Positions 8,354 through 18,228 of a stretch of 20,000 nt of DNA are shown one piece after another. Position 1 is the first letter of the stretch. Each line of letters begins with the position of its first letter. Source of the DNA: an uncultured virus (IMG/VR IMGVR_UViG_2799112846_000001) (taxonomy: Duplodnaviria > Heunggongvirae > Uroviricota > Caudoviricetes); IMG/VR virus record IMGVR_UViG_2799112846_000001, positions 46,481 to 66,480 of that record; one strand, given 5' to 3'. Made by a program: the position numbers and the translations under genes. The notes beneath the pieces were generated by a model, which saw nothing but the letters and a program-made list of their open reading frames with translations, did not search any database and had not been told where the DNA came from.

Positions 8354-8835
8354 TAGATAAGAACCAAGCAGTTATAGATTATCTTATAACTTGTGAAGAC
8401 ATACTCAATAGTCCTCTGTACTTCAATCTTATAGATGCTAAAGATAACACTATACAGATACTCACAACAGCAGAAGACAAGGCTTTATCAAAACCATTTA
8501 TTGACGGTAGTGTACAAAAGAGATACACATTTAATCTTATTACATTTAAGTCAATATCGGATATGGAAATAATTAAATCGTCGGACTATTCAAATGAGAA
8601 TGTAGATGAACTGCAAGATGTTCAAAAACTTCTCGATTGGGTGATAGCACAAGACGATTTAGGGAACTATCCAGATTTTGGAGAAGAGTGTACTATAGAC
8701 AGTATAGACACTACTACAGATGTTCCTAGATTTGACGGAATAAATACTGAGATAACACCACCACTTGCTATGTACACAATATCAATAGTTATCGAGTATT
8801 TAGATAGAAGTAGAGTAATTTATAATAACGAGTAA
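8350..8835 (+). CDS. Putative tail terminator
   Basis: Acidic 161-aa ORF directly before the tail tube gene, with 'FIDGS..KRY.F' and 'W...Q...GNYP.F'. Call rests mainly on synteny. Confidence 0.65.
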   Translation: MIDKNQAVIDYLITCEDILNSPLYFNLIDAKDNTIQILTTAEDKALSKPFIDGSVQKRYTFNLITFKSISDMEIIKSSDYSNENVDELQDVQKLLDWVIAQDDLGNYPDFGEECTIDSIDTTTDVPRFDGINTEITPPLAMYTISIVIEYLDRSRVIYNNE

Positions 8836-8849
8836 AGGAGATAAAAGTT

Positions 8850-9401
8850 ATGGCAATTAAACAGTTTAACTTAGCTGACAGGCAAAGAGCCGCACGTAAA
8901 CTTCTTATCACTGTTGCAGAGTGGAAGGAAGGAACTAATACTGTTAGAGAGATTCTTGGTACACGTACTGAGGATTCATCTATCGAGTATAATGCAGATA
9001 TTGAGACTATGACAGATATTCGTGGTATCAATTATACAGATGTCAACAGAACACAGCCACAGCAGACTTTCGACCCATTTCTTATTCTTGGTGGAAGTAA
9101 ACTTGGTGCATTTCTTAATGACATTAGACGTAGAAACGCAACTACAGAACTTAACAACTTCACTATCTATGTCATTACAGCTTTCATAGGTACTGCGGGA
9201 GCTTATGATGCAGAGAAGCATGATGGTTGTACAATAGCTTATACTGCTATTGGTGGAGATTCAAATGTCAATATGCCAATCGACGTTTATTATTCAAATG
9301 ATGGACTTGATGCAAACGGCAAGAGCACAGGTGCTCCAGTAGTAGGTACTGTTGATAAGCTCAGTGATGATTTCGTATTCACACCAGAGTCAGTAGGCTA
9401 A
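8850..9401 (+). CDS. Major tail (tube) protein
   Basis: 183 aa with AAGGAG RBS, 'LG.RTEDSSIEYN.D.ET..DI.G', and biased codon use like the capsid gene. Precedes the chaperones and tape measure. Confidence 0.85.
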   Translation: MAIKQFNLADRQRAARKLLITVAEWKEGTNTVREILGTRTEDSSIEYNADIETMTDIRGINYTDVNRTQPQQTFDPFLILGGSKLGAFLNDIRRRNATTELNNFTIYVITAFIGTAGAYDAEKHDGCTIAYTAIGGDSNVNMPIDVYYSNDGLDANGKSTGAPVVGTVDKLSDDFVFTPESVG

Positions 9402-9428
9402 TGATTTTTATTTGGGAGGATAAAAAGA

Positions 9429-9914
9429 ATGTCAAAAACAACAATAAATAATATAGACCTTAATATTGGTCTAAAAACTGAATACACTATCAATGGAAAT
9501 AAAGATTTAGTTATAAAGCTAAACACAAGTGATATGGGTATCATAGCAAGATTAGATGAAACAATACCCAAACTTAACGAACTAGAGTCACAGTATGCAG
9601 AACTCTTTGAAGATAATAATGATAACGCAGAAGAAGCATTAGGTGTGTTTACTACCAAGTTTAAAGAACTTGATAAAGAAGCACGAGACATAGTTAACTA
9701 TCTGTTTGATTATGACATATGTTCAGTATGTGCTAGTGGTGGTACAATGTTTGATTTGCAGGATGGTGAATATAGATTTGCAGTCATACTAGAAACATTG
9801 TTAAATCTGTATACCGATACTATTCAGTCAGAGTTAAATAAGCGTTTAGCTAAGATGAAGAAAAGAACTGAGAAGTATGTAAATAAAGACCATAAGAGAA
9901 AAGGAAGTAAATAA
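9429..9914 (+). CDS. Tail assembly chaperone
   Basis: Helical, acidic 161-aa ORF between the tail tube and a Gp15-like gene, with 'LN.SD.GI..RL' and 'R..VNYLFD..I'. Confidence 0.7.
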   Translation: MSKTTINNIDLNIGLKTEYTINGNKDLVIKLNTSDMGIIARLDETIPKLNELESQYAELFEDNNDNAEEALGVFTTKFKELDKEARDIVNYLFDYDICSVCASGGTMFDLQDGEYRFAVILETLLNLYTDTIQSELNKRLAKMKKRTEKYVNKDHKRKGSK

Positions 9915-10501
9915 TGTTTGAACTACCAACTACTCTTACAATAGATGATAAAGAGTTTGGTATTCGGGATGATGGAGATTATAGAATGGTGCTAGATTGC
10001 TTTGATGCACTCCAGGACCCAGATTTACCAAAGCGAGAAAGACTGATAACCGCCGTAGTGATATTCTACGACGGTTTTTCATTAGATAACGTATTTGAGT
10101 ATCTTGATACAGAGGATAAAGTTAGTGAAGCTGTAGCGCAGATGTTTGACTTCTTTAACTGCGGTCAAGCTGAGATTGGCAGTAAATCATCACATAAATT
10201 AGTTGATTGGCATCAAGACAATCACTTAATAGCAAGCGCAATAAATAATACAGCTAATATGGAAGTACGAAGTGTAGAGTACATGCATTGGTGGACATTT
10301 ATGGGACACTATATTTCAGTCGGAGAAAGTGTGTTAGCTACAGTAGTTAATATACGAAGTAAAATGGTAGACGGAAAGAAACTAGAAAAACATGAACAAG
10401 AGTTCAAACGTAAGAATCCAGGTTACTTTGTTTGGAATAGACAGACAGTCGAACAGCAAGAAGCAGACCAGCTTATTAGACAGATTTGGAATAGTCAGTA
10501 G
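9914..10501 (+). CDS. A118 Gp15-like tail assembly protein
   Basis: 'ELPT.L.I....F.IR..DYR.VL', 'DW.QD..LI.SAIN', 'YMHWWTF.G.Y..VGE' and 'VVNIR.K...GKKLEK.E.EF' match Phage_Gp15 motifs. Directly before the tape measure. Confidence 0.85.
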   Translation: MFELPTTLTIDDKEFGIRDDGDYRMVLDCFDALQDPDLPKRERLITAVVIFYDGFSLDNVFEYLDTEDKVSEAVAQMFDFFNCGQAEIGSKSSHKLVDWHQDNHLIASAINNTANMEVRSVEYMHWWTFMGHYISVGESVLATVVNIRSKMVDGKKLEKHEQEFKRKNPGYFVWNRQTVEQQEADQLIRQIWNSQ

Positions 10502-10516
10502 AAAGGAGGTTAAGAT

Positions 10517-13500
10517 ATGGCAAACAATATTACATTAAATGTTGGTGTAGATGCAAGTGACGCTAAGTCAGAAATGCAACGATTTGGAGATGTAGCACAG
10601 AAAGCTATTCAAGCCTCCGACGCTAAAATACAAAAGATGGGATTAAACTTGCAGAACAGCGTCAATAAGATGGAAAAGCTAAACGGTCAAATGACTGAGT
10701 TAGCAAGTAAACGTGTTCCAACTACAGAATATACAGCACTGCAAACTAAGATAAAAGAAGTATCGTCTAGTTTAAAACAAGCTAAAGACAGTCTAAGCGC
10801 ATTAGAAGCTACTTCACTGCATACAGAACAGTATGACTACATAACACAGAAAATACAAGACATAAATAAAGAGTTACAAGACGCTCGACAAAATCTTGGT
10901 AAATCTATTGCAACTTCTGGATATTCTGCTGAAACGGAAGCGTGGACTAACAAAGTTGCTGACCTTGAAGCTAAGTTGATTGAAGCTCAACAGTATCAAC
11001 AAGAGTTAACAGAAGCTGGTCAAAAGTATGCAAATGCTGATGAGTTTACTCCTAAGATAGAGCAGGTTCAATCATTAGAACAAGAGCTGGCGCAGTTGCG
11101 TACTCAAGAAGAAGCTATGAAGGCTGCCGGTACAGATACTATGTCTGGAGCAAACACAGCTAGATATCAAGATTTAGAAAATCAAATGGCATTAGCTCGT
11201 CAACAGTCAATATATATGGCTAATAATTTAGACACCGCCGCAAACTCAGCATCTAAGATGAGTTCTAATTTATCTAAAGGTAAGTCTTGGATGCAACGTG
11301 TTAAAGAATCATGTTCATCTCTTATAAGTAGTTTAAAGCGTGTCGGCAAGCAGTCTACAGAAACCGGAAAAACACACAATACCTCATTCAAGAAAATGCT
11401 TACAACTGTATTAAAATATGGTTTTGGTATTAGAAGTATTTTCTTATTATACAAAAAATTACGTACTGTTATATCTACTGGATTAAGTGAGATGTCTAAG
11501 CAATTCAGTGATGTGGCAGATGATGTATACACACTAAAGAATAGTTGGAGTGGATTTAAGGCAAGTTTAGTTAGTGCTTTTCAGCCTATCTTCTCATATG
11601 TAGTGCCAGCACTTACTACACTTATCAATTATTTAACTACAGCTATGAATGCCTTAGCTAATTTCTTTGCACTGCTTACCGGACAAAGTTATTATTATAA
11701 GGCAAAGAAAGGTAATGAGAGCGTTGCAAAGAGTATAGGAGGAACTGGTTCCGCCGCCGCAGAAGCTAATGAGGAGTTAGCTGAATATGATGACTTGATT
11801 GTTATTGAACAAGACAACAGTTCCGGTGGTGGTAGTGGAGGCAGTGGCTCCTCTGATAGTGATGCTTGGAATTGGGAGAAAGTTGATGTAGAAGCCAATT
11901 CCTGGGTAGACAAAATAAAAAGCGCATTTAGTAATTGGGATTTCACTGAGTTAGGAGCTGAGTTAAGTGCTAAACTTACAGATGTGCTAAAGAATATACC
12001 TTGGGATACGATTTATTCATATGCGTCTAATTTTGGTAAAGGATTAGCAACTTTTCTTAATGGACTTATAACTGAGGATTTATTTAGTGCGTTGGGAACA
12101 ACTATAGGAAACGCAATAAAAACAGCATTAACATTTTTAAATACGTTCGGAACAACTTTTGATTGGACTAACTTTGGTAGTTCTATAGCATCTGGAATCA
12201 ACGCTTTCGTACAGACAAACCCACTGTCTTTAGCTGTAGATACATTTAACACATGGGCTAATGGTATATTAGATACTCTTAATACTGCTGTAGAAGGAGT
12301 AGGTTGGTCTACAATTGGACAGCATATAGCTGATGGTATAGGTAAAGTTGATGCTTGGAATATTGGATGGAAATTGGGCACACTTGTTGACAATTTAGTT
12401 AATGGTGTGTATGACCTAGTATCAATTAAAGATACATGGACAAATCTGGGCACAAAAGTAGCTGACGGCATAAATGGTTTCTTTGAAGGCTTTAGTGGTA
12501 AGGACTTAATAGATACTATGAACGCTATAAAAGACGGTCTGTTTGAAGCTATATCTACCGCTATTAGAAAGATAAAATGGGATGAGGTTGGTAAAGATAT
12601 AACTGACTTCTTAAATGGTGTAGATTTAGGAACAGTGTTATTAACAATAACTTCGGTAGCTTTAGCCGCCGCCACTAAGACATTACTCGCAACAAAGCTT
12701 CCAGCATTACTTAAATCTGAATGTAAAGGTATTATTGGCTTTAATGGAAAAGCAGTATCAGTGGGCACAGTAACACTGTCAGTTATAGCGTCATTAGTTA
12801 TAGGCTGGGAAATAGGAACTAAACTTTATGAGTCACTAACAGGTGAAGAAGTTGAACAGTCTATGTTAGAAGAATGTTGGGATATTCTTGATTTTATAGG
12901 TGGTGATAGTGGTACTATACAAAGTAGATTAACTGGTTATGCTAAACAAGTACTTAGTCCGTTAACATTTCCAGTCAGTGTTGGATGGAATCTGTTTGAA
13001 GAAACCTCTTTGTATGATACACTAAAGACATATTTGCAGAGCGGTGTTGACGAATTAAAGGCAAACTTAGATAATCTAATAAATAATTCATCTATATCAC
13101 AAACAGTAAGTTCATTATGGTCAAAGATTAAAAATGTGTTCACGTCATTCTTTAGCGGAAATGGAACATATGGACATGGTTATAATGGCATGCCATCCGA
13201 GGTTGCGTCAGCGTATGAGTCTTCTCAAGCTAGTAGCTTTTGGAATGATATGGGTAAAAATATAGTTGATGGTATTGTAGAGGGCATAAAACTGTCACTG
13301 CAAACAAATCCATTCACTGCCCCAATAGTAGCTCTTTATGATGCAATTAAAAATGCACTAGCAGATAAGTTTGATTCACACTCACCAGCTAAAGCCATGT
13401 ACGAAGATGGAGAGAATATACTAAATGGTATTATTCAAGGATTTAAGAATGCCATAACATCTATTCCTACTGCCATTGCTGAGTTTTATAATAACTTTAA

Positions 13501-14989
13501 AACTAAGGTTAAAGAGAAATTCCAGAACTTTAGTATAACTGAGTTATTAAGTAATGCGGGAAATATAGCAATCACACTGACAACTACACTTGCAGGCGGA
13601 CTTACAAAGCTAGCTGACTTTACAGGACTCAGCACATTCTTTAGTAATGTGAAGACAAAGTGGAATAATCTTAAATCTACGTTGAAGACTACTCTTAGTG
13701 GAGCATTTAGCTCAATCACAGGTAGCAACAGTTTAACATCACTGTCTAGTTTGTGGAGCGGTTTGAAAGAGAAGTGGGTAGATAAATCAGCGACACTTAA
13801 AACATTCTTAGGTGGTCAAATGTCTTATGTATCCGACTTAACTACGTGGACTAACGCATTTAGTACATTAAGAAGTACTTGGGCAGATAAGACAGCTACT
13901 ATGAAGGCATATGTGGGTGGTGCAGTTAGTAGTATTGAAGATATTGTAAGTAACAGTGCTAACAGCTGGAAAACAAAGTTCACCACATTCGTTAACACTA
14001 TTTGGCAAGACCATACAGCTACTATGAAGGCTACAGCTAATATAGGTGGTCAGGCTGATAATACATTATCAAACTTTAAATACGGCGGTGGTTGGTATAG
14101 TACTGTAACAAACTTCACTAGCAAGATTTGGAAGGACACGCCAGCATTATTTAGCACTACTGCAAAAGTAGGTGATACAACTAATAACTCTCTGTCGGAA
14201 ATGACTTCTAGTGGTTCATCAAATGGCTGGTATAAGAGATTTACAAGTTTTGTAAATACTTGGAAACAAGGTGCAACTGCTTTATTCACAAGTAAGTTCA
14301 CTAACTCGGATACCAACTCACAAGGCTATAAAAACCTGACTGCATTACGTAGTGCATGGAGTCAAACAGCGACAGCACAGTTTACAAGCACTTATACTAA
14401 CTCGGATATGAACTCTGCCGGTTATCAAAACTTTAATGCTTTGTGGCAGAATTGGTATGGAAGAAATGCAGACTTTACACTAAGTTTTTCAGGTAATACA
14501 GCAGACATTAAATCATTAGCAAATAATGTTCTTGATAAGGCATATGATGCACTTGATAGGTCTGGTATTAAAGTTAAAAATAAAGTGTGGATGGCACGAG
14601 GTGGTGTCGTTGCAGGACTTACAAATCTTACAGATATTATGGTTGGTGAAGCAGGTGCCGAAGCTATAGTACCACTTGAAAGAAACTTAGGTTGGCTTGA
14701 TAAGATAGCTACTATGCTTTCCGACAAGTTATTAGCTACTGATTTACCTGATATAGTAACTGGTAAAACTCTTCCATCTACACAAGAGTTTATTTCAACA
14801 TTCAACGCAGGTACTAAGAATATCGAATACCTGTTAGAAGAAGTAATAAATAGACTGTCAGCACTTGAAGATGAGCGCAGTGATATGCAACCAATTCAAA
14901 TACAAGTTGACGGTAGAACAGTCGCACAGGTTGTATGGGATGAAACTGAGAAGCGTTATAAGCAGACCGGCGTAAGATATGGATATTAG
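10517..14989 (+). CDS. Tape measure protein
   Basis: 1490 aa. N-terminal coiled coil, central 'DW...G..IA.GIN.F' amphipathic repeats, 'FDSHSPAK' (HSPS-like) motif, and C-terminal 'MARGGVV...MVGEAGAEAIVPLE' and 'IQVDGRTVAQVVWDE'. Confidence 0.93.
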   Translation: MANNITLNVGVDASDAKSEMQRFGDVAQKAIQASDAKIQKMGLNLQNSVNKMEKLNGQMTELASKRVPTTEYTALQTKIKEVSSSLKQAKDSLSALEATSLHTEQYDYITQKIQDINKELQDARQNLGKSIATSGYSAETEAWTNKVADLEAKLIEAQQYQQELTEAGQKYANADEFTPKIEQVQSLEQELAQLRTQEEAMKAAGTDTMSGANTARYQDLENQMALARQQSIYMANNLDTAANSASKMSSNLSKGKSWMQRVKESCSSLISSLKRVGKQSTETGKTHNTSFKKMLTTVLKYGFGIRSIFLLYKKLRTVISTGLSEMSKQFSDVADDVYTLKNSWSGFKASLVSAFQPIFSYVVPALTTLINYLTTAMNALANFFALLTGQSYYYKAKKGNESVAKSIGGTGSAAAEANEELAEYDDLIVIEQDNSSGGGSGGSGSSDSDAWNWEKVDVEANSWVDKIKSAFSNWDFTELGAELSAKLTDVLKNIPWDTIYSYASNFGKGLATFLNGLITEDLFSALGTTIGNAIKTALTFLNTFGTTFDWTNFGSSIASGINAFVQTNPLSLAVDTFNTWANGILDTLNTAVEGVGWSTIGQHIADGIGKVDAWNIGWKLGTLVDNLVNGVYDLVSIKDTWTNLGTKVADGINGFFEGFSGKDLIDTMNAIKDGLFEAISTAIRKIKWDEVGKDITDFLNGVDLGTVLLTITSVALAAATKTLLATKLPALLKSECKGIIGFNGKAVSVGTVTLSVIASLVIGWEIGTKLYESLTGEEVEQSMLEECWDILDFIGGDSGTIQSRLTGYAKQVLSPLTFPVSVGWNLFEETSLYDTLKTYLQSGVDELKANLDNLINNSSISQTVSSLWSKIKNVFTSFFSGNGTYGHGYNGMPSEVASAYESSQASSFWNDMGKNIVDGIVEGIKLSLQTNPFTAPIVALYDAIKNALADKFDSHSPAKAMYEDGENILNGIIQGFKNAITSIPTAIAEFYNNFKTKVKEKFQNFSITELLSNAGNIAITLTTTLAGGLTKLADFTGLSTFFSNVKTKWNNLKSTLKTTLSGAFSSITGSNSLTSLSSLWSGLKEKWVDKSATLKTFLGGQMSYVSDLTTWTNAFSTLRSTWADKTATMKAYVGGAVSSIEDIVSNSANSWKTKFTTFVNTIWQDHTATMKATANIGGQADNTLSNFKYGGGWYSTVTNFTSKIWKDTPALFSTTAKVGDTTNNSLSEMTSSGSSNGWYKRFTSFVNTWKQGATALFTSKFTNSDTNSQGYKNLTALRSAWSQTATAQFTSTYTNSDMNSAGYQNFNALWQNWYGRNADFTLSFSGNTADIKSLANNVLDKAYDALDRSGIKVKNKVWMARGGVVAGLTNLTDIMVGEAGAEAIVPLERNLGWLDKIATMLSDKLLATDLPDIVTGKTLPSTQEFISTFNAGTKNIEYLLEEVINRLSALEDERSDMQPIQIQVDGRTVAQVVWDETEKRYKQTGVRYGY

Positions 14990-15003
14990 AAAGGAGTGGT
15001 AAT

Positions 15004-15438
15004 ATGTCAGCACCAACATTTAGAGGATATTTAATAAAAGCAGTTAAGACAGATGCTATATTACCACTCAAGTTCATTCAGTGGGACTCCTATAAGATAA
15101 CTCCTAATCAACGTGAAGAGATAAAGGCTTATCGTGATGATAATACTAGAAACTTAACTAGAGTTACAGCAAGCGGTAAGAAAACAGCTATTGAGTTCAA
15201 ACTCAGAGCTATGTGGTTAGAAGATATGATGGAGTTCCAAGGATGGCTTGGGGATGGTATAGAAGATACGCAAGAAGCGCATGAGCAAAGAAAGATACAA
15301 CTTGAAATATACGACACAGAAGAGAACGTATATAAAACAGGTTATTTCTATGTTCCTAATATGGACTATACAATCTTGCGTATTACAGATGATAGCATTA
15401 AGTACAAAGAGCAGACAATTAAGTTTATCGAATATTAA
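15004..15438 (+). CDS. Distal tail protein (Dit-like)
   Basis: 144 aa directly after the TMP with AAGGAG RBS, 'AYRD....L.R', 'YKTG.FYVP...Y' and C-terminal 'FIEY'. Confidence 0.7.
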   Translation: MSAPTFRGYLIKAVKTDAILPLKFIQWDSYKITPNQREEIKAYRDDNTRNLTRVTASGKKTAIEFKLRAMWLEDMMEFQGWLGDGIEDTQEAHEQRKIQLEIYDTEENVYKTGYFYVPNMDYTILRITDDSIKYKEQTIKFIEY

Positions 15439-15449
15439 GGGGTGTTTAT

Positions 15450-17408
15450 ATGGCACAATTTTTACGAATACAAATATATAATAGTGCAGGCACTGAGATT
15501 GAATATGATAATAAACACGACACTGATTGGGGCATTACAACAGGTACAGCTAAACTTGAATCAATTATTATGCTTGAGGAATTAAAGTATGGTACTGTTA
15601 ATGCTAGCATGTTTGAAGTGCAGATATTCGGACTCAACATAGATTTGTCTAAGCGAAAAATAAGGGTTCGTATGGAGTATGATACTATTGATGATGACAG
15701 TGTTATCATAACAGATGAGGATAAAAAGCTCATTACAGATAGCGGTAAGCATTTTAAGTTTGTACATGTTCGTGCAAAAACATTATTCACAGGCACTATT
15801 CAATCAGCTAAAAAGAATAATGCAAACTCTCAAAGAGATATAGTTGCATATGATAGACTGTATGATGATAAGCAAGTTAATATAGCTCCGTTTTGGGAAT
15901 CATTTTGGTCGGGGCATGAGACGGCTACAATAGCACAATTTAGAACAGCACTATTAAATTATATGGGTATAGACTATGTAGCTAAAACGCTACCTAATGA
16001 TTCTGTTCAAATAACTAATACTTTTGCATATGAGGTAACAGAATTAAGTTTTGATACACTGCTACGTATGATAGGTGAGTTACAAGCATTTTGTCCTCAC
16101 ATCAATGGAGTAGGTAAGCTAGAGTTTATTCAGTTGAATGATGACGCTCCGTTAGACATTACTAATAACTCAGAGGGTGAAAGATGTTATTGGGAAGAAT
16201 ATACAACACAGACGATAACTGGTGTAGCTGTCTATGCATCAAGTGTTGAGCTATCACAAGTTGTAGGTAATGAAGGAAATCTGTATAACATAGTTGGTAA
16301 TGTGTTATTACTTAATATGACAGGTGCAGAAATCACAACAATATGTAATAATCTGTTAACCCATTTATCAACAATAAATTATACTCCATTTTATGCATCA
16401 TTGATTATATCTCAACCCGAATCTAATCTTGGTGATAAGGTTATAACTAAATACGGTGATGGATATATAATGCACTCTATATTATCAGGACCCTTACTTA
16501 TAGATGAGTACGTAGATTGCAAAGCGCAAGGACCATATTTAAACACGACAGCAACACAAATAAATGATAGAATAATAGAAGCAAATAAACGTGCAGTTAT
16601 AGAAAAAACCGTAGATGAGTTTTATAGTGAATATACTGACTATACTGAGGATACGACATCTACAATCAGTCAAATGTCCGATAGAGTCGTAGTTAAGGTG
16701 GACAGCAATGGAAATATAGGTTTAGCAGAATTAGGTGCTGACCCAGATACCGGAGTAACTCACATTCAATTAAATGCTAACAGTGTTGATATAAACAGTG
16801 ATACCATACAATTTAATAATGAGGGTTATCGTGTAACTGGTCCGATATTTACGTCTAACATACAACCAGATAAACATGAAACAATTTGTGATTATTCAGA
16901 AATTACAGACAAATCATATTTTCCGCATATAGATTTTAGTAGCACAAAAGCGTTTGAACAGTTATGCTCTTATGTACATCTTAAATCTACTGCAACTTCA
17001 CAGGAGCGTATATTTGGATATAATTGTTTTGTTATAAGTAATTTTACTTTTACAAGTCAATTTATTTCGGGAGACTTTAACGATAGGGTGATACCGAACC
17101 GCACAGTTATAGGTGTGCATCTTACTATGTCACGAACATCCTACACTCAATTTATATCGGATGGAGGGCGTATTTTAGATAGTGGCTATCTAGTATTACC
17201 ATCTAATAAGAGATATACAGATTATCTTGGCACAGCATACCTATCACGATTGACGGAATATACTATTGGTCCGGGTGGTCCTAATATGGCTATTATTGCA
17301 TATTTATCTCCAGAGGATATGATTGACCCTATTGAACAAGGTATGTGGGACATAGTAGAGGGTACCGGAGCAATAGTATGTGTTAACCCAGAGTCTACGT
17401 TAACATAA
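15450..17408 (+). CDS. Baseplate hub / tail-associated (Tal-like) protein with C-terminal extension
   Basis: 652 aa after Dit: 'L.YG.VNAS.FEV', 'LFTG.I.S', 'IVAYD.LY', 'HING.GKLEFI', then a coiled segment 'IEKTVDEF.SEY...STISQ.SD.V' and a distinct C-terminal region. Confidence 0.75.
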   Translation: MAQFLRIQIYNSAGTEIEYDNKHDTDWGITTGTAKLESIIMLEELKYGTVNASMFEVQIFGLNIDLSKRKIRVRMEYDTIDDDSVIITDEDKKLITDSGKHFKFVHVRAKTLFTGTIQSAKKNNANSQRDIVAYDRLYDDKQVNIAPFWESFWSGHETATIAQFRTALLNYMGIDYVAKTLPNDSVQITNTFAYEVTELSFDTLLRMIGELQAFCPHINGVGKLEFIQLNDDAPLDITNNSEGERCYWEEYTTQTITGVAVYASSVELSQVVGNEGNLYNIVGNVLLLNMTGAEITTICNNLLTHLSTINYTPFYASLIISQPESNLGDKVITKYGDGYIMHSILSGPLLIDEYVDCKAQGPYLNTTATQINDRIIEANKRAVIEKTVDEFYSEYTDYTEDTTSTISQMSDRVVVKVDSNGNIGLAELGADPDTGVTHIQLNANSVDINSDTIQFNNEGYRVTGPIFTSNIQPDKHETICDYSEITDKSYFPHIDFSSTKAFEQLCSYVHLKSTATSQERIFGYNCFVISNFTFTSQFISGDFNDRVIPNRTVIGVHLTMSRTSYTQFISDGGRILDSGYLVLPSNKRYTDYLGTAYLSRLTEYTIGPGGPNMAIIAYLSPEDMIDPIEQGMWDIVEGTGAIVCVNPESTLT

Positions 17409-17456
17409 TATTATAGTAAACTAACATTAAAAAGAGTGAAAGTGAGGTGCAAGATA

Positions 17457-18110
17457 ATGGATGAAGATATTAGAATAAAAGACTTACCCTTAGTAGAAGA
17501 CGGAATACAGTCAACTGATTATATAGCTGTTGATAATGAAGATGATGGCACACGAAAAGCAACTATGCAAGATATTGCAGAAGCTAATATAAATGGCTTA
17601 GAAACAGAAGCAACTAATACAAAAGGAGCTATAAACGAGTTATTTAATAAGGCATCAAGAACGGTGTCCTTAACACAGGCTGAATATGATGCTTTACCAG
17701 CTAGTAAATTGAGTGATGATATAGCTTATTTTATTACTGATGGAGAACCTGATGTAGATAATACATTGTGGGCAAAGGTAGGTAGAGCTACACTAGATAC
17801 TCAAGCTCAAAACTGTAGTGAGGCTATAAATGAGATAAAGCAGAGTTTATCTAACTTACTAACAATTAAATCTATAACTGTTAGTCATGGTACGATAAAT
17901 GCAGGGCAAGCTAGTACAATAACAGATGCTAGACTTAAAAATGAAAATATAATCATTTGTTCTATAAGTGTTGGAGGTTCGTACAATAGTGATTGTATTC
18001 CTTGGTCTTACTATGGAAGTGCAAATGGTTTTGTATCACGTTTAAAAAACACGGGAAGCAATCAGGCTACAAATATTGTAGTAACTTATAGATATATAGA
18101 ATTGCCATAA
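17457..18110 (+). CDS. Tail fibre / receptor-binding-like protein 1 with variable C-terminal domain
   Basis: ATG at 17457 after GAGGTG. N-terminal 'IRIKDLP...DYIAVD....TRKAT', 'LETEA....GAINEL', 'LTQAEYDALP....DDIAYFITD' and 'AINEIKQSLS', then a beta-rich domain of about 85 aa. Confidence 0.7.
   Translation: MDEDIRIKDLPLVEDGIQSTDYIAVDNEDDGTRKATMQDIAEANINGLETEATNTKGAINELFNKASRTVSLTQAEYDALPASKLSDDIAYFITDGEPDVDNTLWAKVGRATLDTQAQNCSEAINEIKQSLSNLLTIKSITVSHGTINAGQASTITDARLKNENIIICSISVGGSYNSDCIPWSYYGSANGFVSRLKNTGSNQATNIVVTYRYIELP
17829..17856 (+). repeat. Palindromic site, type A copy 1 (AATGAGATAAA-gcagag-TTTATCTAACT)
   Basis: TGAGATAAAGCAGAGTTTATCT (17831-17852) is identical at 19314-19335 and 19355-19376. 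AGATAAA/TTTATCT arms flank a 6-bp asymmetric core. Confidence 0.9.
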
Positions 18111-18126
18111 TTTTAAATTAAAGGTT

Positions 18127-18154
18127 AGTCAGATAAAAAAGCATTTTGTTGACA
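18127..18154 (+). repeat. Palindromic site, type B copy 1 (AGTCAGATAAA-aaagca-TTTTGTTGACA)
   Basis: ATAAAAAAGCATTTTGTTGAC (18133-18153) is identical at 19902-19922. The left arm is the exact reverse complement of the type A right arm TTTATCTGACT (19370-19380). Confidence 0.85.
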
Positions 18155-18228
18155 AAGTTAAATCATAAAGAGGAATATAGTATGATACATATACACTTAC
18201 CAATAGAAGTATATAGGAGGTTTATGAT

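Noticed and set aside
9890..9920. Programmed -1 frameshift between tail chaperone genes
   Set aside because: No clear X XXY YYZ slippery heptamer near the stop. The Gp15-like gene has its own coupled ATG (TAATG).
12013..12768. 251-aa minus-strand ORF, and the other short minus-strand or nested ORFs in the track
   Set aside because: Antisense or alternative-frame shadows of well-supported + strand genes, with no recognisable RBS or motifs.
18149..18186. TTGACA as the -35 of an endolysin promoter
   Set aside because: No acceptable -10 at 16-18 bp spacing (TATGAT is 26 bp away), and the hexamer is part of the type B site arm.
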